A stretch of DNA of 63,877 nt, filler included, from 6 parts of 6 records of this genome joined end to end with filler, not necessarily neighbours in it, one strand, 5' to 3'. Positions 9,295 through 20,030 are shown, numbered from the whole stretch's first letter. Notes: a model not told the origin generated them from the sequence alone. Numbers and translations are program-made.

Positions 9295-9534
9295 ATGACC
9301 CCTTCACCGAATTATTTTAACGCGCATTTGAGAGAGGTTGACGAGAGCTACGGGCGGCATTTTCTGCACGCGGGCTATTACTTTGTGATGCTCTTGGCGG
9401 CTGCGATCTGTGCTCTGATCCATGCGATCCTACCCTTTTTATTTGAAAAGACCTCCAGCCAAATTATCCTCAAGCTCTACACCAAAATGACGGCCAGAAA
9501 GCTGTTTGACGCGCAATCTTCCTCTCAGGGCTGA
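9295..9534 (+). CDS. Small membrane protein (DUF6356-like)
   Basis: 'HLREVDESYGRHFLHA...HAILPFLFEKTSS' pattern; divergent from lrp. Confidence 0.7.
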   Translation: MTPSPNYFNAHLREVDESYGRHFLHAGYYFVMLLAAAICALIHAILPFLFEKTSSQIILKLYTKMTARKLFDAQSSSQG

Positions 9535-9629
9535 ATTTTTACCCTGGGCAGGGCAGAAATCCGCGGATTGGCTTGACTTTACGCGCCTGTCGGGATGTAT
9601 CAGCGCGACCGCTTGAAGGAGCCTGACCC

Positions 9630-11405
9630 ATGCATGCCTATCGCAGCCACACCTGTGCCGACTTGACCATCAAAAATGTTGGCGAGACCATTCGCCTTTC
9701 GGGATGGGTGCATCGCGTGCGCGACCATGGCGGTTTGCTCTTCATCGATCTGCGCGATCATTATGGGATGACACAGGTGCTTTGTGACCCGGACAGCCCG
9801 GTGTTCAAAGAGGTGGAAAAACTGCGTAGCGAATGGTGCATTCGGATTGATGGCACGGTCAAAGCCCGCGACGCGGAATTGGTGAACCCCAAAATTCCAA
9901 CCGGAGAGATTGAGGTGTTCATCCGCGACCTGGAGGTTTTGGGCGCTGCGGAGGAGCTGCCCTTGATGGTGTTTGGCGAGCAAGAATATCCCGAAGAGAC
10001 ACGATTGAAGTACCGCTATCTCGATTTGCGCCGGGAGAAGCTGCAAAAGAACATGAAAATGCGCTCCGATGTTGTCGCCTCGATGCGCCGCCGGATGTGG
10101 GATCAAGGGTTTCGCGAGTTTCAAACGCCGATCATCACCGCCTCTAGCCCCGAGGGCGCGCGGGACTTTTTGGTGCCATCGCGCTTGCACCCGGGTAAAT
10201 TTTACGCGCTGCCACAAGCGCCGCAGCAGTTCAAACAGCTGATTATGGTCTCGGGCTATGATAAATACTTTCAGATCGCCCCGTGTTTTCGCGATGAAGA
10301 TCCCCGCGCGGATCGCTCGCCAACAGATTTCTATCAGCTTGATTTAGAAATGTCTTTTGTCGATCAGCAAGATATTTTTGACACAATACAACCTGTCTTG
10401 ACCGGCGTATTCGAAGAGTTTGGCGGCGGTCGCAAAGTGGATCAAACATGGGAGCAAATCAGCTATCGTGATGCGGCCCTTTGGTATGGCAGCGACAAAC
10501 CAGATCTGCGCAACCCGATTAAGATGCAAGTGGTTTCTGAGCATTTTGCTGGCTCTGGTTTTGCCATTTTCGCAAAGCTCTTGGAGCAAGAGGGCACGGA
10601 AATTCGCGCTATTCCTGCTCCGAAAGGTGGCAGCAGAAAATTCTGTGACCGCATGAATGCTTTTGCCCAAAAAGAAGGCCTGCCTGGCATGGGCTATATC
10701 TTCTGGCGCGACCAAGGCGAAGGCATGGAGGCCGCAGGGCCTTTGGCCAAAAACATAGGTCCCGAACGTACAGAGGCCATTCGCCAGCAATTGGGGCTTG
10801 GCGTCGGCGATGCGGCATTCTTCTTGGGCGGTAAACCGAAAGCCTTTGAGGGGGTTGCTGGTAAGGCCCGGATGGTGATTGGCGATGAATTGGGCTTGAC
10901 GGATAAAGAGCGTTTCGCCTTTGCCTGGATCGTTGATTTCCCGATCTATGAGAAAGATGCCGAAACCGGCAAGATTGATTTTGAACACAATCCATTTTCG
11001 ATGCCACAAGGCGGCATGGAGGCGCTTGAGGGTGATCCTTTGCAGGTGTTGGGTTATCAATATGATCTGGCCTGCAATGGCTATGAGCTGCTCAGCGGTG
11101 CGATTCGGAATCACCGCCCAGAGATCATGTTCAAAGCCTTTGAAATTGCTGGTTATGGCAAGGAAGAGGTTGAAAAGCGGTTCGGCGGCATGGTCAATGC
11201 CTTCCAATACGGGGCCCCGCCGCACGGTGGTTGTGCCGCTGGCATCGACCGAATTGTGATGCTCTTGGCTGACGAGGCAAATATTCGCGAAGTGATCATG
11301 TTCCCGATGAATCAGCGGGCAGAAGATCTGATGATGGCCGCCCCGTCTGAACCAATGAATGAGCAACTGCGGGAATTGTCGCTTCGGGTTATCGCTCCGG
11401 AATAA
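9630..11405 (+). CDS. aspS: Aspartate--tRNA ligase
   Basis: MHAYRSHTC, '[13 protein letters not shown]', '[16 protein letters not shown]', '[14 protein letters not shown]'. Confidence 0.98.
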   Translation: MHAYRSHTCADLTIKNVGETIRLSGWVHRVRDHGGLLFIDLRDHYGMTQVLCDPDSPVFKEVEKLRSEWCIRIDGTVKARDAELVNPKIPTGEIEVFIRDLEVLGAAEELPLMVFGEQEYPEETRLKYRYLDLRREKLQKNMKMRSDVVASMRRRMWDQGFREFQTPIITASSPEGARDFLVPSRLHPGKFYALPQAPQQFKQLIMVSGYDKYFQIAPCFRDEDPRADRSPTDFYQLDLEMSFVDQQDIFDTIQPVLTGVFEEFGGGRKVDQTWEQISYRDAALWYGSDKPDLRNPIKMQVVSEHFAGSGFAIFAKLLEQEGTEIRAIPAPKGGSRKFCDRMNAFAQKEGLPGMGYIFWRDQGEGMEAAGPLAKNIGPERTEAIRQQLGLGVGDAAFFLGGKPKAFEGVAGKARMVIGDELGLTDKERFAFAWIVDFPIYEKDAETGKIDFEHNPFSMPQGGMEALEGDPLQVLGYQYDLACNGYELLSGAIRNHRPEIMFKAFEIAGYGKEEVEKRFGGMVNAFQYGAPPHGGCAAGIDRIVMLLADEANIREVIMFPMNQRAEDLMMAAPSEPMNEQLRELSLRVIAPE

Positions 11406-11462
11406 CGCTTATCGGTTAGGGCCGGCTGGATGGGCGCGGGTGGCTTGCGCCCTCTGGCCCCC

Positions 11463-12158
11463 TCAGACCGCTATTTTCTCGGCCAAAAAATCCGTCAAGG
11501 CAGCGCGGAGATCGGATCTGTTCTGCGTGGTGGAATATCGCTCGGCTGCTTGTTCCAGCGTAGGATCTCAGGCGGTCCGGGCCACGCCAGAGATAAAGGC
11601 CGCAAGATATCCCGATTGCGCGTCCTCCTTGTCGTTTTTGTTGAGCAATTCCAACGCATGGTTCAAATCCTCCTGCAGGGCCCGTTGGTCCGCCTCAAAT
11701 GCCAAATCTGGCAAGAGACGAATGTCCATTGGGCGACGATGATTTGGGAGATTCATCAAGATTGCACTTTGAAATCCGGCAATGGAATTGAGGGGCTTTT
11801 CGATGAAGCTATCCGCGCCGGCCTTCATCGCAGCGGTGGCGCGGCTTGGATCTGCGGAAAGACCAATGATTGTCTGGGTGCGCGGAGTGGCTTGCGCCAG
11901 CTCTGAGATCAGCTCAGCACCATCCCCATCTGGCAGGCCCATATCAACAATGGCCACATCCGGACGATAAATTCTAAGGTGCCTCCGCGCGCTCTCCATA
12001 CAGTCAGCGCGTCTTAATCGTGCGCCAGAGGTGATGCACATCAAGCGCACGGCCTCGCCCGCCGTGAGGCTGTCTTCCACCAACAGCACCATCAACCCAT
12101 GCAATGGTCTCCGGCTGGTGGGTTTGAGTGAATGTAATGTGTTCGACATCCCGGTCAT
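11463..12158 (-). CDS. Response regulator receiver protein with an apparent in-frame TGA at 11568-11570
   Basis: 'VLLVEDS...VAIVDMGLPDGDG...FIEKP'; the frame continues 34 codons beyond the TGA. Confidence 0.8.
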
Positions 12159-12278
12159 GATCGCCCCCTTATTTTCAGATCATGGCCCCGTTTTGCGCTC
12201 AAAGACTCTAATGCTTGGTTAATGCAGCTTGCCTTATTTGGGGGTACGGCCTTACAAGACGGAAAACAGGAGATGAAA

Positions 12279-12683
12279 ATGATTGGACGGCTGAATCACG
12301 TGGCGATTGCAGTGCCTGATTTGCAGGCGGCTGCGGCACAATATGAATCAACTTTGGGCGCAAAAGTTGGCCCGCCACAAGATGAACCCGATCACGGTGT
12401 GACGGTTGTTTTCATCGAGTTGCCAAACACAAAGATTGAGCTGCTGTTCCCGCTGGGTGAGGGCTCTCCGATCCAGAATTTCTTGGATAAAAACCCGTCT
12501 GGCGGCATTCATCACATCTGTTATGAGGTAGACGACATCCTGGAGGCACGCGCGCAATTGCAAAGCCAGGGAGCGCGGGTATTGGGCAGCGGTGAGCCAA
12601 AAATTGGCGCCCACGGCAAGCCCGTGCTCTTTTTGCATCCCAAGGACTTCACGGGCTGCCTCATCGAGCTAGAACAAGTCTAA
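12279..12683 (+). CDS. mce: Methylmalonyl-CoA epimerase
   Basis: MIGRLNHVAIAVPDL...GGIHHICYEV...GAHGKPVLFLHPKD...ELEQV. Confidence 0.95.
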   Translation: MIGRLNHVAIAVPDLQAAAAQYESTLGAKVGPPQDEPDHGVTVVFIELPNTKIELLFPLGEGSPIQNFLDKNPSGGIHHICYEVDDILEARAQLQSQGARVLGSGEPKIGAHGKPVLFLHPKDFTGCLIELEQV

Positions 12684-12710
12684 GTTTAGATAAATTATCA
12701 GGGAATTCTC

Positions 12711-13004
12711 ATGCCGATCACCTCCGCGCTCGTACTTTTTGCCGTCATTTGGTTTTTGACCTTATTCATTGTCTTGCCGCTGCGCTTGCAGACTCAAGGG
12801 GATGTCGGGGAAATCGAACCCGGCACCCATGCGGGCAGCCCTGAAAATCCACAAATGAAAAAGCGTTTCATGGTGACAACCGTTGTCGCCCTGGTGATTT
12901 GGGCAGTTGTTGCGGGAACGATCATCAGCGGCGTGATTTCAGTGCGCGACATTGACTGGTTCAACCGGATGGCAACGCCCGAAGTCTCTCGAACTGATGG
13001 GTGA
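12711..13004 (+). CDS. DUF1467 family membrane protein
   Basis: 'ITSALVLFAVIWF...PLRLQTQGDVGEIEPGTHAGSP'; usual position after mce in Rhodobacteraceae. Confidence 0.85.
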   Translation: MPITSALVLFAVIWFLTLFIVLPLRLQTQGDVGEIEPGTHAGSPENPQMKKRFMVTTVVALVIWAVVAGTIISGVISVRDIDWFNRMATPEVSRTDG

Positions 13005-13659
13005 AGGTGACAGCTCCTAGAATCGGGATAAAGAGGCCCACCAGCGGAATACTCATAGGAATAGCCATCAAGATCCCAGCGGTCCAAATGGAGCCCTGAT
13101 GACGCTGGTACAGCTCTTGCGCCTGCGCGCGCGGCATCCGTCGCATAGCGGCCATTTGAAAATATTCCCGGCCCATAAGATAGCCATTGGTGGCCCAAAA
13201 CACAAAGGGCGCCAAGAGTGGTACAATCATCGATAGGATCAATGCGCCGACATTGGCGAACAGCAAGATCCCCAAGAAACGGATGCCGACCAGAATTTGA
13301 TCTTGCAGCTTGGTGGCCGTCTGTTTCGGAAGATGCGGATAGTGCCGCGCCTCAACCGCCTGCGCCACCTCATCGAGAAACAATGCGATAATCGCTGAGG
13401 TCACGGGAACCATCAACCAAATTGACAGCGCGATGGTGAACAAGACACCGCCGATATTGATCAGCGCGCCCAGCCAACTTTGATCGCCGATCAGGTTAGC
13501 CGCCCAGGCTGAGGACAACAGTTGGTTGATGCCAAAGTTTACCAACAGGCAAGCGGCGATCAGCAACACAATGGTAAGCCCCAATCCGCGCCACAGCACG
13601 CGGCGAAATTTCGGGTCGTCAAATTGAGCGATAGATTTAAGAAAATCTGATAAAATCAT
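12961..13659 (-). CDS. EI24/CysZ-like membrane protein
   Basis: 'LFLDEVAQAVEARHYP', 'NGYLMGREYF' motifs. Confidence 0.85.
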   Translation of the reverse strand: MILSDFLKSIAQFDDPKFRRVLWRGLGLTIVLLIAACLLVNFGINQLLSSAWAANLIGDQSWLGALINIGGVLFTIALSIWLMVPVTSAIIALFLDEVAQAVEARHYPHLPKQTATKLQDQILVGIRFLGILLFANVGALILSMIVPLLAPFVFWATNGYLMGREYFQMAAMRRMPRAQAQELYQRHQGSIWTAGILMAIPMSIPLVGLFIPILGAVTFTHQFERLRALPSG

Positions 13660-14222
13660 TCATGAATCCATTGGGTTATAGCGGCAACATCAGGACGCGG
13701 ACGGTCGGGCATTTGGGCCGGGCCGGTCCCGATGTGAACAATTCCGGCGACATGTTCATGCGGTGCAAGTGCCAAACCTTCGGTGCAAAACTCCCGGTTG
13801 TGCGAGGCCCAACCAGAAAGCCAATTGGCGCCCCAACCGCTGGCCAAAGCTGCGTTCAGCAGCGATAGGCAGACAGCACCGGCAGAATAGGTTTGTTCGA
13901 TTTGTGGAAACTTGTCGCAGGGTTTCGGACTGGCAACGACCACGACGGCCAATTGCCCGGTTTCAAACTGCTGGCTTGCTTTGTCTGCATCAACCACTTC
14001 TGGTCCGGCGGCCGCAGCCAAGTTGCGGGCCAACACGCCCAGGCGGCGCAATGCGGCTTGCTCAAGAACAATGAACCGCCAAGGCTCCAACTTGCCATGA
14101 TCTGGCGTGCGTGCAGCGACGCAAAGGAGCGCCTCAAGCGTGTCTCTGTCAGGAACTGGCGCGGTTAAGATTTTCGCTGGGCGAGAGCGGCGGGTTTTCA
14201 AAAAGGTCAATGCATCTGTCAT
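13656..14222 (-). CDS. Nitroreductase family protein (YdjA-like)
   Basis: 'RRSRP', 'RTPDHGKLEPWRF', 'GWGANWLSG'. Confidence 0.92.
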   Translation of the reverse strand: MTDALTFLKTRRSRPAKILTAPVPDRDTLEALLCVAARTPDHGKLEPWRFIVLEQAALRRLGVLARNLAAAAGPEVVDADKASQQFETGQLAVVVVASPKPCDKFPQIEQTYSAGAVCLSLLNAALASGWGANWLSGWASHNREFCTEGLALAPHEHVAGIVHIGTGPAQMPDRPRPDVAAITQWIHE

Positions 14223-14272
14223 GCGCTATGATGTGGGGCATTGCTGGGCGTTTCGCAAGGGTGGGCGGTGAT

Positions 14273-15370
14273 TTAGGGTGCATGGAATGCGGCCAAATCA
14301 TCGACATATGTGGCGAGGAACTTAGCAAACTGGCCACGCGGCTGGCGCTTGGTGAAAGTCTCCTCAAAGGGATCAGGAGCTTCAATCGTGCTGTCGGCCA
14401 AGGTGGAGATGGTGGCATGGCCGCAAAAGGGGACGTAGACCTCTGAATACCCGCCCTCATGCACCAAAACCAAACGGCCGTCACAGAGCTCCGCCGCGCT
14501 GGCTTTGATGGCAGCCGTCATGGCGCTGAAGGTCTGGGCTGTGGCAAACATGCGGGACAAGGGATCAATGGCTGCGGCATCATAGCCACAAGCCACAACG
14601 ATCAAATCTGGTCTGAACCGTTCTAAGGCAGGCTGAACGATACGTTTCATAACCTGCATATAGGTGGCATGGCCCGCTCCGGGCGGCAGGGGGATGTTGA
14701 TATTGCTTTTATCCACGCCGCGGGTATCGGCGTCTCCGCTGTCTAGCGGATAATTTCTTTCTTGATGGATTGAGAGGGTTAGAACGGCTGGGTCGTCGAT
14801 GTAAATCGCCTCTGTTCCGTTCCCGTGATGCACATCCCAATCCAAAACGGCCACTTTCAAATCCGGCTGCTGGCTGCGGGCGGCCTCGATCGCCACAGCG
14901 ATATTGGCCAAAAGGCAAAATCCATTTGGCCAATCTGGCAAGCAATGATGCCCCGGAGGGCGCGACAGAGCATAGGCATTGCGCACACGCCCTGCCATCA
15001 CATCCGCCACCGCCCGGCAGGCGAGACCCGTGGACAGCGCCGCCTGCTCATAGCCGCCATGACCGAAAGGCACGCGGAGGCCAAGCTCGCCGCCGCTTCC
15101 CTTTGAGGCCTCCTCAAAAGCGTCGAGATAGGCGCTGGGGTGCACCCGTAACAGTGCTTCGCGACTGGCCATATCCGCACTCTGGCTGGCGAGGGTCCGG
15201 GTCAGCCCGGTGACGTCCATCAGATTTTTCAACCGGCGCTTGGTTTCGGGATTTTCGGGAATGCCGCCAGCCGCGAGGGGCTGCACCAAGCCGCCCACGG
15301 GCTGGGTGAAGGCATAATTGCCGCCAGAAAACCAAAAACAGCGCTCATCCCAATAAAATCCGGTGGTCAT
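14273..15370 (-). CDS. Class II histone deacetylase family amidohydrolase
   Basis: 'RPPGHH', 'GFC', 'DWDVHHGNGT', 'GYDA', 'HEGGY'; start set at MTTGFYWDE. Confidence 0.93.
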   Translation of the reverse strand: MTTGFYWDERCFWFSGGNYAFTQPVGGLVQPLAAGGIPENPETKRRLKNLMDVTGLTRTLASQSADMASREALLRVHPSAYLDAFEEASKGSGGELGLRVPFGHGGYEQAALSTGLACRAVADVMAGRVRNAYALSRPPGHHCLPDWPNGFCLLANIAVAIEAARSQQPDLKVAVLDWDVHHGNGTEAIYIDDPAVLTLSIHQERNYPLDSGDADTRGVDKSNINIPLPPGAGHATYMQVMKRIVQPALERFRPDLIVVACGYDAAAIDPLSRMFATAQTFSAMTAAIKASAAELCDGRLVLVHEGGYSEVYVPFCGHATISTLADSTIEAPDPFEETFTKRQPRGQFAKFLATYVDDLAAFHAP

Positions 15371-15387
15371 CTGCGGCTCTTTCTCAG

Positions 15388-15621
15388 TTAAGGTTCGGCC
15401 CTTTGGTAGACGCCTTCGGGCAAGTCCAGCGCAGCGGCAAGGTCGCGGGCTTGGTTCATAGAGAGTGTGATCCTGTGTATACGGTCGCGGGCGGCGTCCC
15501 ATTGCTCAATGACAATTCGATCCTCATAGGACTTGATACACACATCTTCCAAAAGAGCCCCGACCGTATCATCGATCAAAGTGATGGAGGTGGCTTCAAA
15601 GCCATGTTCAATGGTAAACAT
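15388..15621 (-). CDS. Conserved small hypothetical protein (Rhodobacteraceae-type)
   Basis: 77-aa ORF 'MFTIEH...LAAALDLPEGVY', co-oriented upstream of the HDAC gene. Confidence 0.7.
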   Translation of the reverse strand: MFTIEHGFEATSITLIDDTVGALLEDVCIKSYEDRIVIEQWDAARDRIHRITLSMNQARDLAAALDLPEGVYQRAEP

Positions 15622-15758
15622 ATGCTAACATTAATCAGATTTACTCACGGTGCAAGGGACAAGCGTTGCGGGCAATTTCTCGCCGGGGTGGACGGATCAA
15701 AGGGTTGGTTTGCAGCGGTTTTATGGGTAAGCTGCCCAAGAGGTTTAAGGAGAGCGGA

Positions 15759-16454
15759 ATGCGGATCATTCCCCTGATAGTGTTGTTGGTTCTGGCTGGA
15801 TGCACACTCAAGCCAGTGGCGCAATCTCCTGTGGAGGGGGCCGATGAGCCGCGCGTATTGAAGGCCGAGGATGTGCCCGAGCGTTTTGCCGTGGCCATGC
15901 GCCGGATGCGGCCGGTGGTGCGTGAGACTTGCAGGACCACCAGCCCAGATTTGAATTGCGACTTTTTAATCGCTATTGATACAAGTCCCGACAGCGCGCC
16001 CAATGCGTTTCAAACGGTGAATGAAGAGGGGCAGCCTATCTTGGCATTTACCCTGACCCTACTGGAAGACATGTACAATGCCGATGAGGTGGCCTTTGTC
16101 ATCGGTCACGAGGGGGCCCATCATATTTTGCGGCATTTGGAGCGGCAAGATCAATCGGCGCGCGGCGGGGCCACGCTCTTTGAGGTGCTGGCGGCGGCCT
16201 TGGGCGGCTCCAATCGATCGGTTGATGCGGCCTCTGAAATTGGCGAAGCGGTGGGCCGGCGCAATTATTCAAAAACCTTTGAGCTTGAGGCGGATCGCCT
16301 CGGCGCGCAGATGACGCAGAAAGCGGGTTTTGATGCGGTGCGTGGTGCGGCCTATTTCACGCGCATTCCAGATGCGGGCAATCGGTTCTTTGGCACTCAC
16401 CCGCGCAACGCAGATCGGATTGCCAGGGTGAAGGCGGCGGTGGCCGAGCTATGA
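15759..16454 (+). CDS. M48 family metallopeptidase lipoprotein
   Basis: Lipobox LAGC, 'PNAF', 'GHEGAH' (HExxH), 'ELEAD', 'THP'. Confidence 0.9.
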   Translation: MRIIPLIVLLVLAGCTLKPVAQSPVEGADEPRVLKAEDVPERFAVAMRRMRPVVRETCRTTSPDLNCDFLIAIDTSPDSAPNAFQTVNEEGQPILAFTLTLLEDMYNADEVAFVIGHEGAHHILRHLERQDQSARGGATLFEVLAAALGGSNRSVDAASEIGEAVGRRNYSKTFELEADRLGAQMTQKAGFDAVRGAAYFTRIPDAGNRFFGTHPRNADRIARVKAAVAEL

Positions 16455-16494
16455 CCGGACGCGCCGCCCTGACCCTTGCCCCCGGGGCGCGATT

Positions 16495-16848
16495 GTGAGG
16501 AAATTGGGCGTGATCCTCAGCGACCGCGGCTCAAAATATGCGGTCTCAGGCTGCCGGGTTGCAGATCGGGCACAGGTTGATGCGGCGCTCCGAGATCTCA
16601 AGCGGGACAAGAAATATGCCAAGGCGACCCATAACAGCTGGGGCGTTCTGCTCGATGGGGTGCCGCTGAAGTCAGATGATGGAGAAAGCGGCGCCGGGAT
16701 GGTCATTCTGCGCATGTTGGAGCGGGCCGAGCGGAGCGGTGAGCTGATCATCGTGACGCGCTGGTACGGCGGCAAACACCTCGGCGGCGACCGCTTCCGC
16801 CATGTGCAAGAGGCAACGCGTCTCTACCTGGATCATCCCGCATCCTAA
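16495..16848 (+). CDS. YigZ/IMPACT family protein (N-terminal domain only)
   Basis: 'DRGSKY', 'ATHN', 'DDGESGAG', 'VTRWYGGKHLG'. Confidence 0.88.
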   Translation: MRKLGVILSDRGSKYAVSGCRVADRAQVDAALRDLKRDKKYAKATHNSWGVLLDGVPLKSDDGESGAGMVILRMLERAERSGELIIVTRWYGGKHLGGDRFRHVQEATRLYLDHPAS

Positions 16849-16925
16849 GGCTTGGCGGCTGGGTTATGCAAAGGTCTTTCAGAGGAATGATCGGGACGGT
16901 TCTTTTGGAAATTTAGCGCAAAGGC

Positions 16926-17025
16926 NNNNNNNNNNNNNNNNNNNNNNNNNNNNNNNNNNNNNNNNNNNNTTAATTAATTAANNNNNNNNNNNNNNNNNNN
17001 NNNNNNNNNNNNNNNNNNNNNNNNN
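16926..17025. other. Artificial contig spacer
   Basis: N44-TTAATTAATTAA-N44. Confidence 0.98.
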
Positions 17026-17026
17026 T

Positions 17027-18142
17027 AAGTTTGAAGCTTATGGAGAAGAAGAAATAAAAGCTGTAGAAGAATGTCTAAGAGATGGATGGTTAGCTGGATT
17101 TGGACCTAGATCTATTGAATTTGAAGAAAAAATTGCTAAATATTTTGGAAAAAAATTAGGAATATTCGTCAATTCAGGATCATCAGCTTGTTTATTAGCT
17201 ATTGCGGGGTTGAATCTTCCTAAAGGATGTAAAATAATAACTCCGGCATGTACTTTTTCTACTACACTAGCACCTATAATTCAACTAGGTTATAAACCCT
17301 TATTCTGTGATGTTAATTTAACTTCTTATGTTCCTGATGTTTCAGACGTAATTAAATTAATAGATAGTGAAGTTAAAGCTATTATGATTCCTAATTTAAT
17401 AGGTAATAAACCTGATTGGAAGTTATTAAAAGAAGAGTTGAAAAGAATTGGAAGAGAAGATATTTTCCTAATAGAAGATTCAGCAGATACAATGACTTAC
17501 ACCCCAGAAACTGATGTTTCTACTACAAGTTTTTATGCTAGTCATGTTATTACCGCGGGGGGTCAAGGAGGAATGGTGATGTTCAATGATGAAAAACATA
17601 AATTAAGAGCATTATCTTATAGAGATTGGGGGAGAATGGGAGATGATTCTGAAATTATGGATGATAGGTTTAACCATAAAGTGGATGGTATTCCGTATGA
17701 TCATAAATTTTTATATAGTGTATTAGGATATAATATGAAATGTAGTGAAATGAATGCTGCATTTGGTTTAGTTCAGTTAGAAAGATTTCAAAAGTTTGAA
17801 AAAATTAGAAGAAAAAACGTTGAACGTTATTTAGAAAATCTCAAAGACGTAGAAGAAATTATACTCCCAAATGATAATATAAAACCTAACTGGTTGGCTG
17901 TACCCCTCCAATGTGATCGTAGGTTAGACTTATTAATATACTTAGAAAATCAAAACATTCAAACTAGAGTTACTTTCGCAGGGAATGTTACCCGTCATCC
18001 TATTTATAGAGAATATTTACAAGAATTTAAAAATTCAGATACTATTATGGCAAATGGATTTTTATTAGGTGCTCATCACGGTATGACGGTTGAGGATGTT
18101 GATTATGTGTGTAACAAAATAAAAGAATTTTTTGTAAAATGA
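17027..18142 (+). CDS. DegT/DnrJ-family PLP enzyme, ColD/RfbH-like NDP-4-keto-6-deoxyhexose 3-dehydratase (5' truncated)
   Basis: Frame open from the contig start (KFEAYGEEEIKAV...FVNSGSSA); 'SFYASHVITAGGQGG' has His at the usual PLP-Lys position. Confidence 0.85.
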   Translation, partial: KFEAYGEEEIKAVEECLRDGWLAGFGPRSIEFEEKIAKYFGKKLGIFVNSGSSACLLAIAGLNLPKGCKIITPACTFSTTLAPIIQLGYKPLFCDVNLTSYVPDVSDVIKLIDSEVKAIMIPNLIGNKPDWKLLKEELKRIGREDIFLIEDSADTMTYTPETDVSTTSFYASHVITAGGQGGMVMFNDEKHKLRALSYRDWGRMGDDSEIMDDRFNHKVDGIPYDHKFLYSVLGYNMKCSEMNAAFGLVQLERFQKFEKIRRKNVERYLENLKDVEEIILPNDNIKPNWLAVPLQCDRRLDLLIYLENQNIQTRVTFAGNVTRHPIYREYLQEFKNSDTIMANGFLLGAHHGMTVEDVDYVCNKIKEFFVK

Positions 18143-19125
18143 AAAATATTTTTTTAACAGAAGGAAATTGGCAAGGAATAATCCCACAAGATCATCCTGA
18201 TATGCGAAATGATAGTGCATGGATGTATTTATTAAAAGCTACACATCAATGCCTATACAATTATGATCAGGTTAAAGGCTATGATAATGTTTTTATTATG
18301 TTCCCTAAAGGTAATTTAAACCTCAACATGGTCGGAGTAAAAATAGCTAACCATCCTAACCCAATCACTATGTTGTTATCTCAAGACATAGGTTCAACTC
18401 TAAAACAAAATAATAAAAAAGTACACTACATACAAGAAGGTCCTACTTGGTTGTTTAATGATTACGAAATAATAGATCAATTCAATTTCTACAACTTACT
18501 ATCGAGTATGGATACTATATTTGCTCATAACAACTTTGATATAAAATTCTATAAAGGATTGTTTCCTAACAAACACATTACCACAATCCCACCTATCATG
18601 ATTCACCACCATTTATCCGCAATAAAACCTCAACCCGAGAATAAAGTAATAATTGGTGGCAACTTTGCTAGATGGTACGGAGGCTTTCAAAGCTACATTG
18701 TAGCAGATGTTTTTGGTGTTGAGAAATGGATACCTAGCTCTCATGCTCAAAGAGATCATGAAGATCAGATAGAAGATGTAAACCATCTTCCTAGAATGAA
18801 ATGGTTAGATTGGATGAAAACACTGTCTACATTTAAATACGCAGTACACTTAATGCCTACTGCGGCCGCAGGAACTTTTAGTCTCAACTGTGCTTACTTT
18901 GGAATTCCTTGTATAGGTAATAAGACTGTAGATACTCAAAATTTATGCCATCCTAAGCTATCTGTAGATGTTAATGATATAGAGAAAGCACGAGTATTAG
19001 CTATACAGTTAAGAGATGATAAAGAATTTTATACACAATGTAGTGTTGAATGTAAGGAAAAATACCAAGAATGCTATGATGCAGAGAAGTGGAAATCCAA
19101 TATGAAAAGTAAAATACTATTATGA
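18139..19125 (+). CDS. Putative glycosyltransferase (GT-B-like) / hypothetical protein
   Basis: C-terminal 'AAGTFSLNCAYFGIPCIG' resembles the GT4 nucleotide-binding motif; lies in the sugar cluster. Confidence 0.55.
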   Translation: MKNIFLTEGNWQGIIPQDHPDMRNDSAWMYLLKATHQCLYNYDQVKGYDNVFIMFPKGNLNLNMVGVKIANHPNPITMLLSQDIGSTLKQNNKKVHYIQEGPTWLFNDYEIIDQFNFYNLLSSMDTIFAHNNFDIKFYKGLFPNKHITTIPPIMIHHHLSAIKPQPENKVIIGGNFARWYGGFQSYIVADVFGVEKWIPSSHAQRDHEDQIEDVNHLPRMKWLDWMKTLSTFKYAVHLMPTAAAGTFSLNCAYFGIPCIGNKTVDTQNLCHPKLSVDVNDIEKARVLAIQLRDDKEFYTQCSVECKEKYQECYDAEKWKSNMKSKILL

Positions 19126-20030
19126 AAAAAGTTATAATTACAGGAGGAACTGGAACAGTAGGTACATCCTTTATAAAAAAATACTATAATCAATATGAAT
19201 TTTACAGTCTTAGTAGAGGTGAAGAACAAATAGCTGAATTAAAAAACGACTTTCCTAAAGTTACTACTCTAGTAAGAGATATATGTGATTTAGATCAACT
19301 AATAAGCACGTTCGAGCTTATAAAACCTGATATAGTAATTCACGCCGCAGCTATGAAGCATGTAAATTTAGCTGAAGTAAACCCCACTACAGCTGTTAAT
19401 GTTAATTTGAATGGAAGTTTAAATGTAGTAAAAGCGAGTGTGCGAGCAGAGGTACCAATCACAGTAGGTGTTAGTACTGATAAGGCTTGTTCTCCGGAAA
19501 ATATTTATGGGTACACTAAAAAGATGATGGAGATGGTTTTCATGGAACACCATAACTTAAAAACTAAATTTGTATGCACTCGATTTGCAAACGTAGCTAA
19601 TAGTAAAGGCTCTGTAATTCCATTTTTTAAAAAACTATCAGAAGAAAAAATGCCACTTAAATTAACTAGCGTTGACATGAATAGATTAATGTTTTCCACA
19701 GTAGATGCTGCTAAGCTAGTACATGACGCAATTGAATATGCTTCACATTTAGTAGACAGTTTTGTACTATCTACAAAAATGAAATCAGTAAATATGTTAC
19801 AGCTAGCTAAAATATTATCCGATGACATTAAGATTATAGGACTTAGACCAGGAGAAAAACTTGATGAAAATCTAATAAGTGCTAAAGAGTTACCATACAC
19901 CAAAACCATAGATGATTTGATTTTTTTATTTAAAAATAAACAACCTAAAGAATATAATTTACCCAAACCCTTCTCATCCCAAAACGCTACATTTATGTCT
20001 GATGATGAGATTAAAACTTTATTGAAGTAA
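19122..20030 (+). CDS. UDP-GlcNAc 4,6-dehydratase-like (PseB/CapD family SDR)
   Basis: 'ITGGTGTVG', 'HAAAMKHV', 'STDKACSPENIYGYTK', 'RFANVANSKGSVIP', 'GLRPGEKL'. Confidence 0.9.
   Translation: MKKVIITGGTGTVGTSFIKKYYNQYEFYSLSRGEEQIAELKNDFPKVTTLVRDICDLDQLISTFELIKPDIVIHAAAMKHVNLAEVNPTTAVNVNLNGSLNVVKASVRAEVPITVGVSTDKACSPENIYGYTKKMMEMVFMEHHNLKTKFVCTRFANVANSKGSVIPFFKKLSEEKMPLKLTSVDMNRLMFSTVDAAKLVHDAIEYASHLVDSFVLSTKMKSVNMLQLAKILSDDIKIIGLRPGEKLDENLISAKELPYTKTIDDLIFLFKNKQPKEYNLPKPFSSQNATFMSDDEIKTLLK

Noticed and set aside
14273-15370. Eukaryote-derived histone deacetylase
   Set aside because: HDAC-family amidohydrolases are common in bacteria, and the context is ordinary Rhodobacteraceae.
9600-16775. 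Many long overlapping or antisense ORFs (e.g. 10344-11366, 9600-10217, 11430-11906), and similar ones in 58698-63614
   Set aside because: Shadow ORFs of real genes in GC-rich DNA, with no recognisable motifs.
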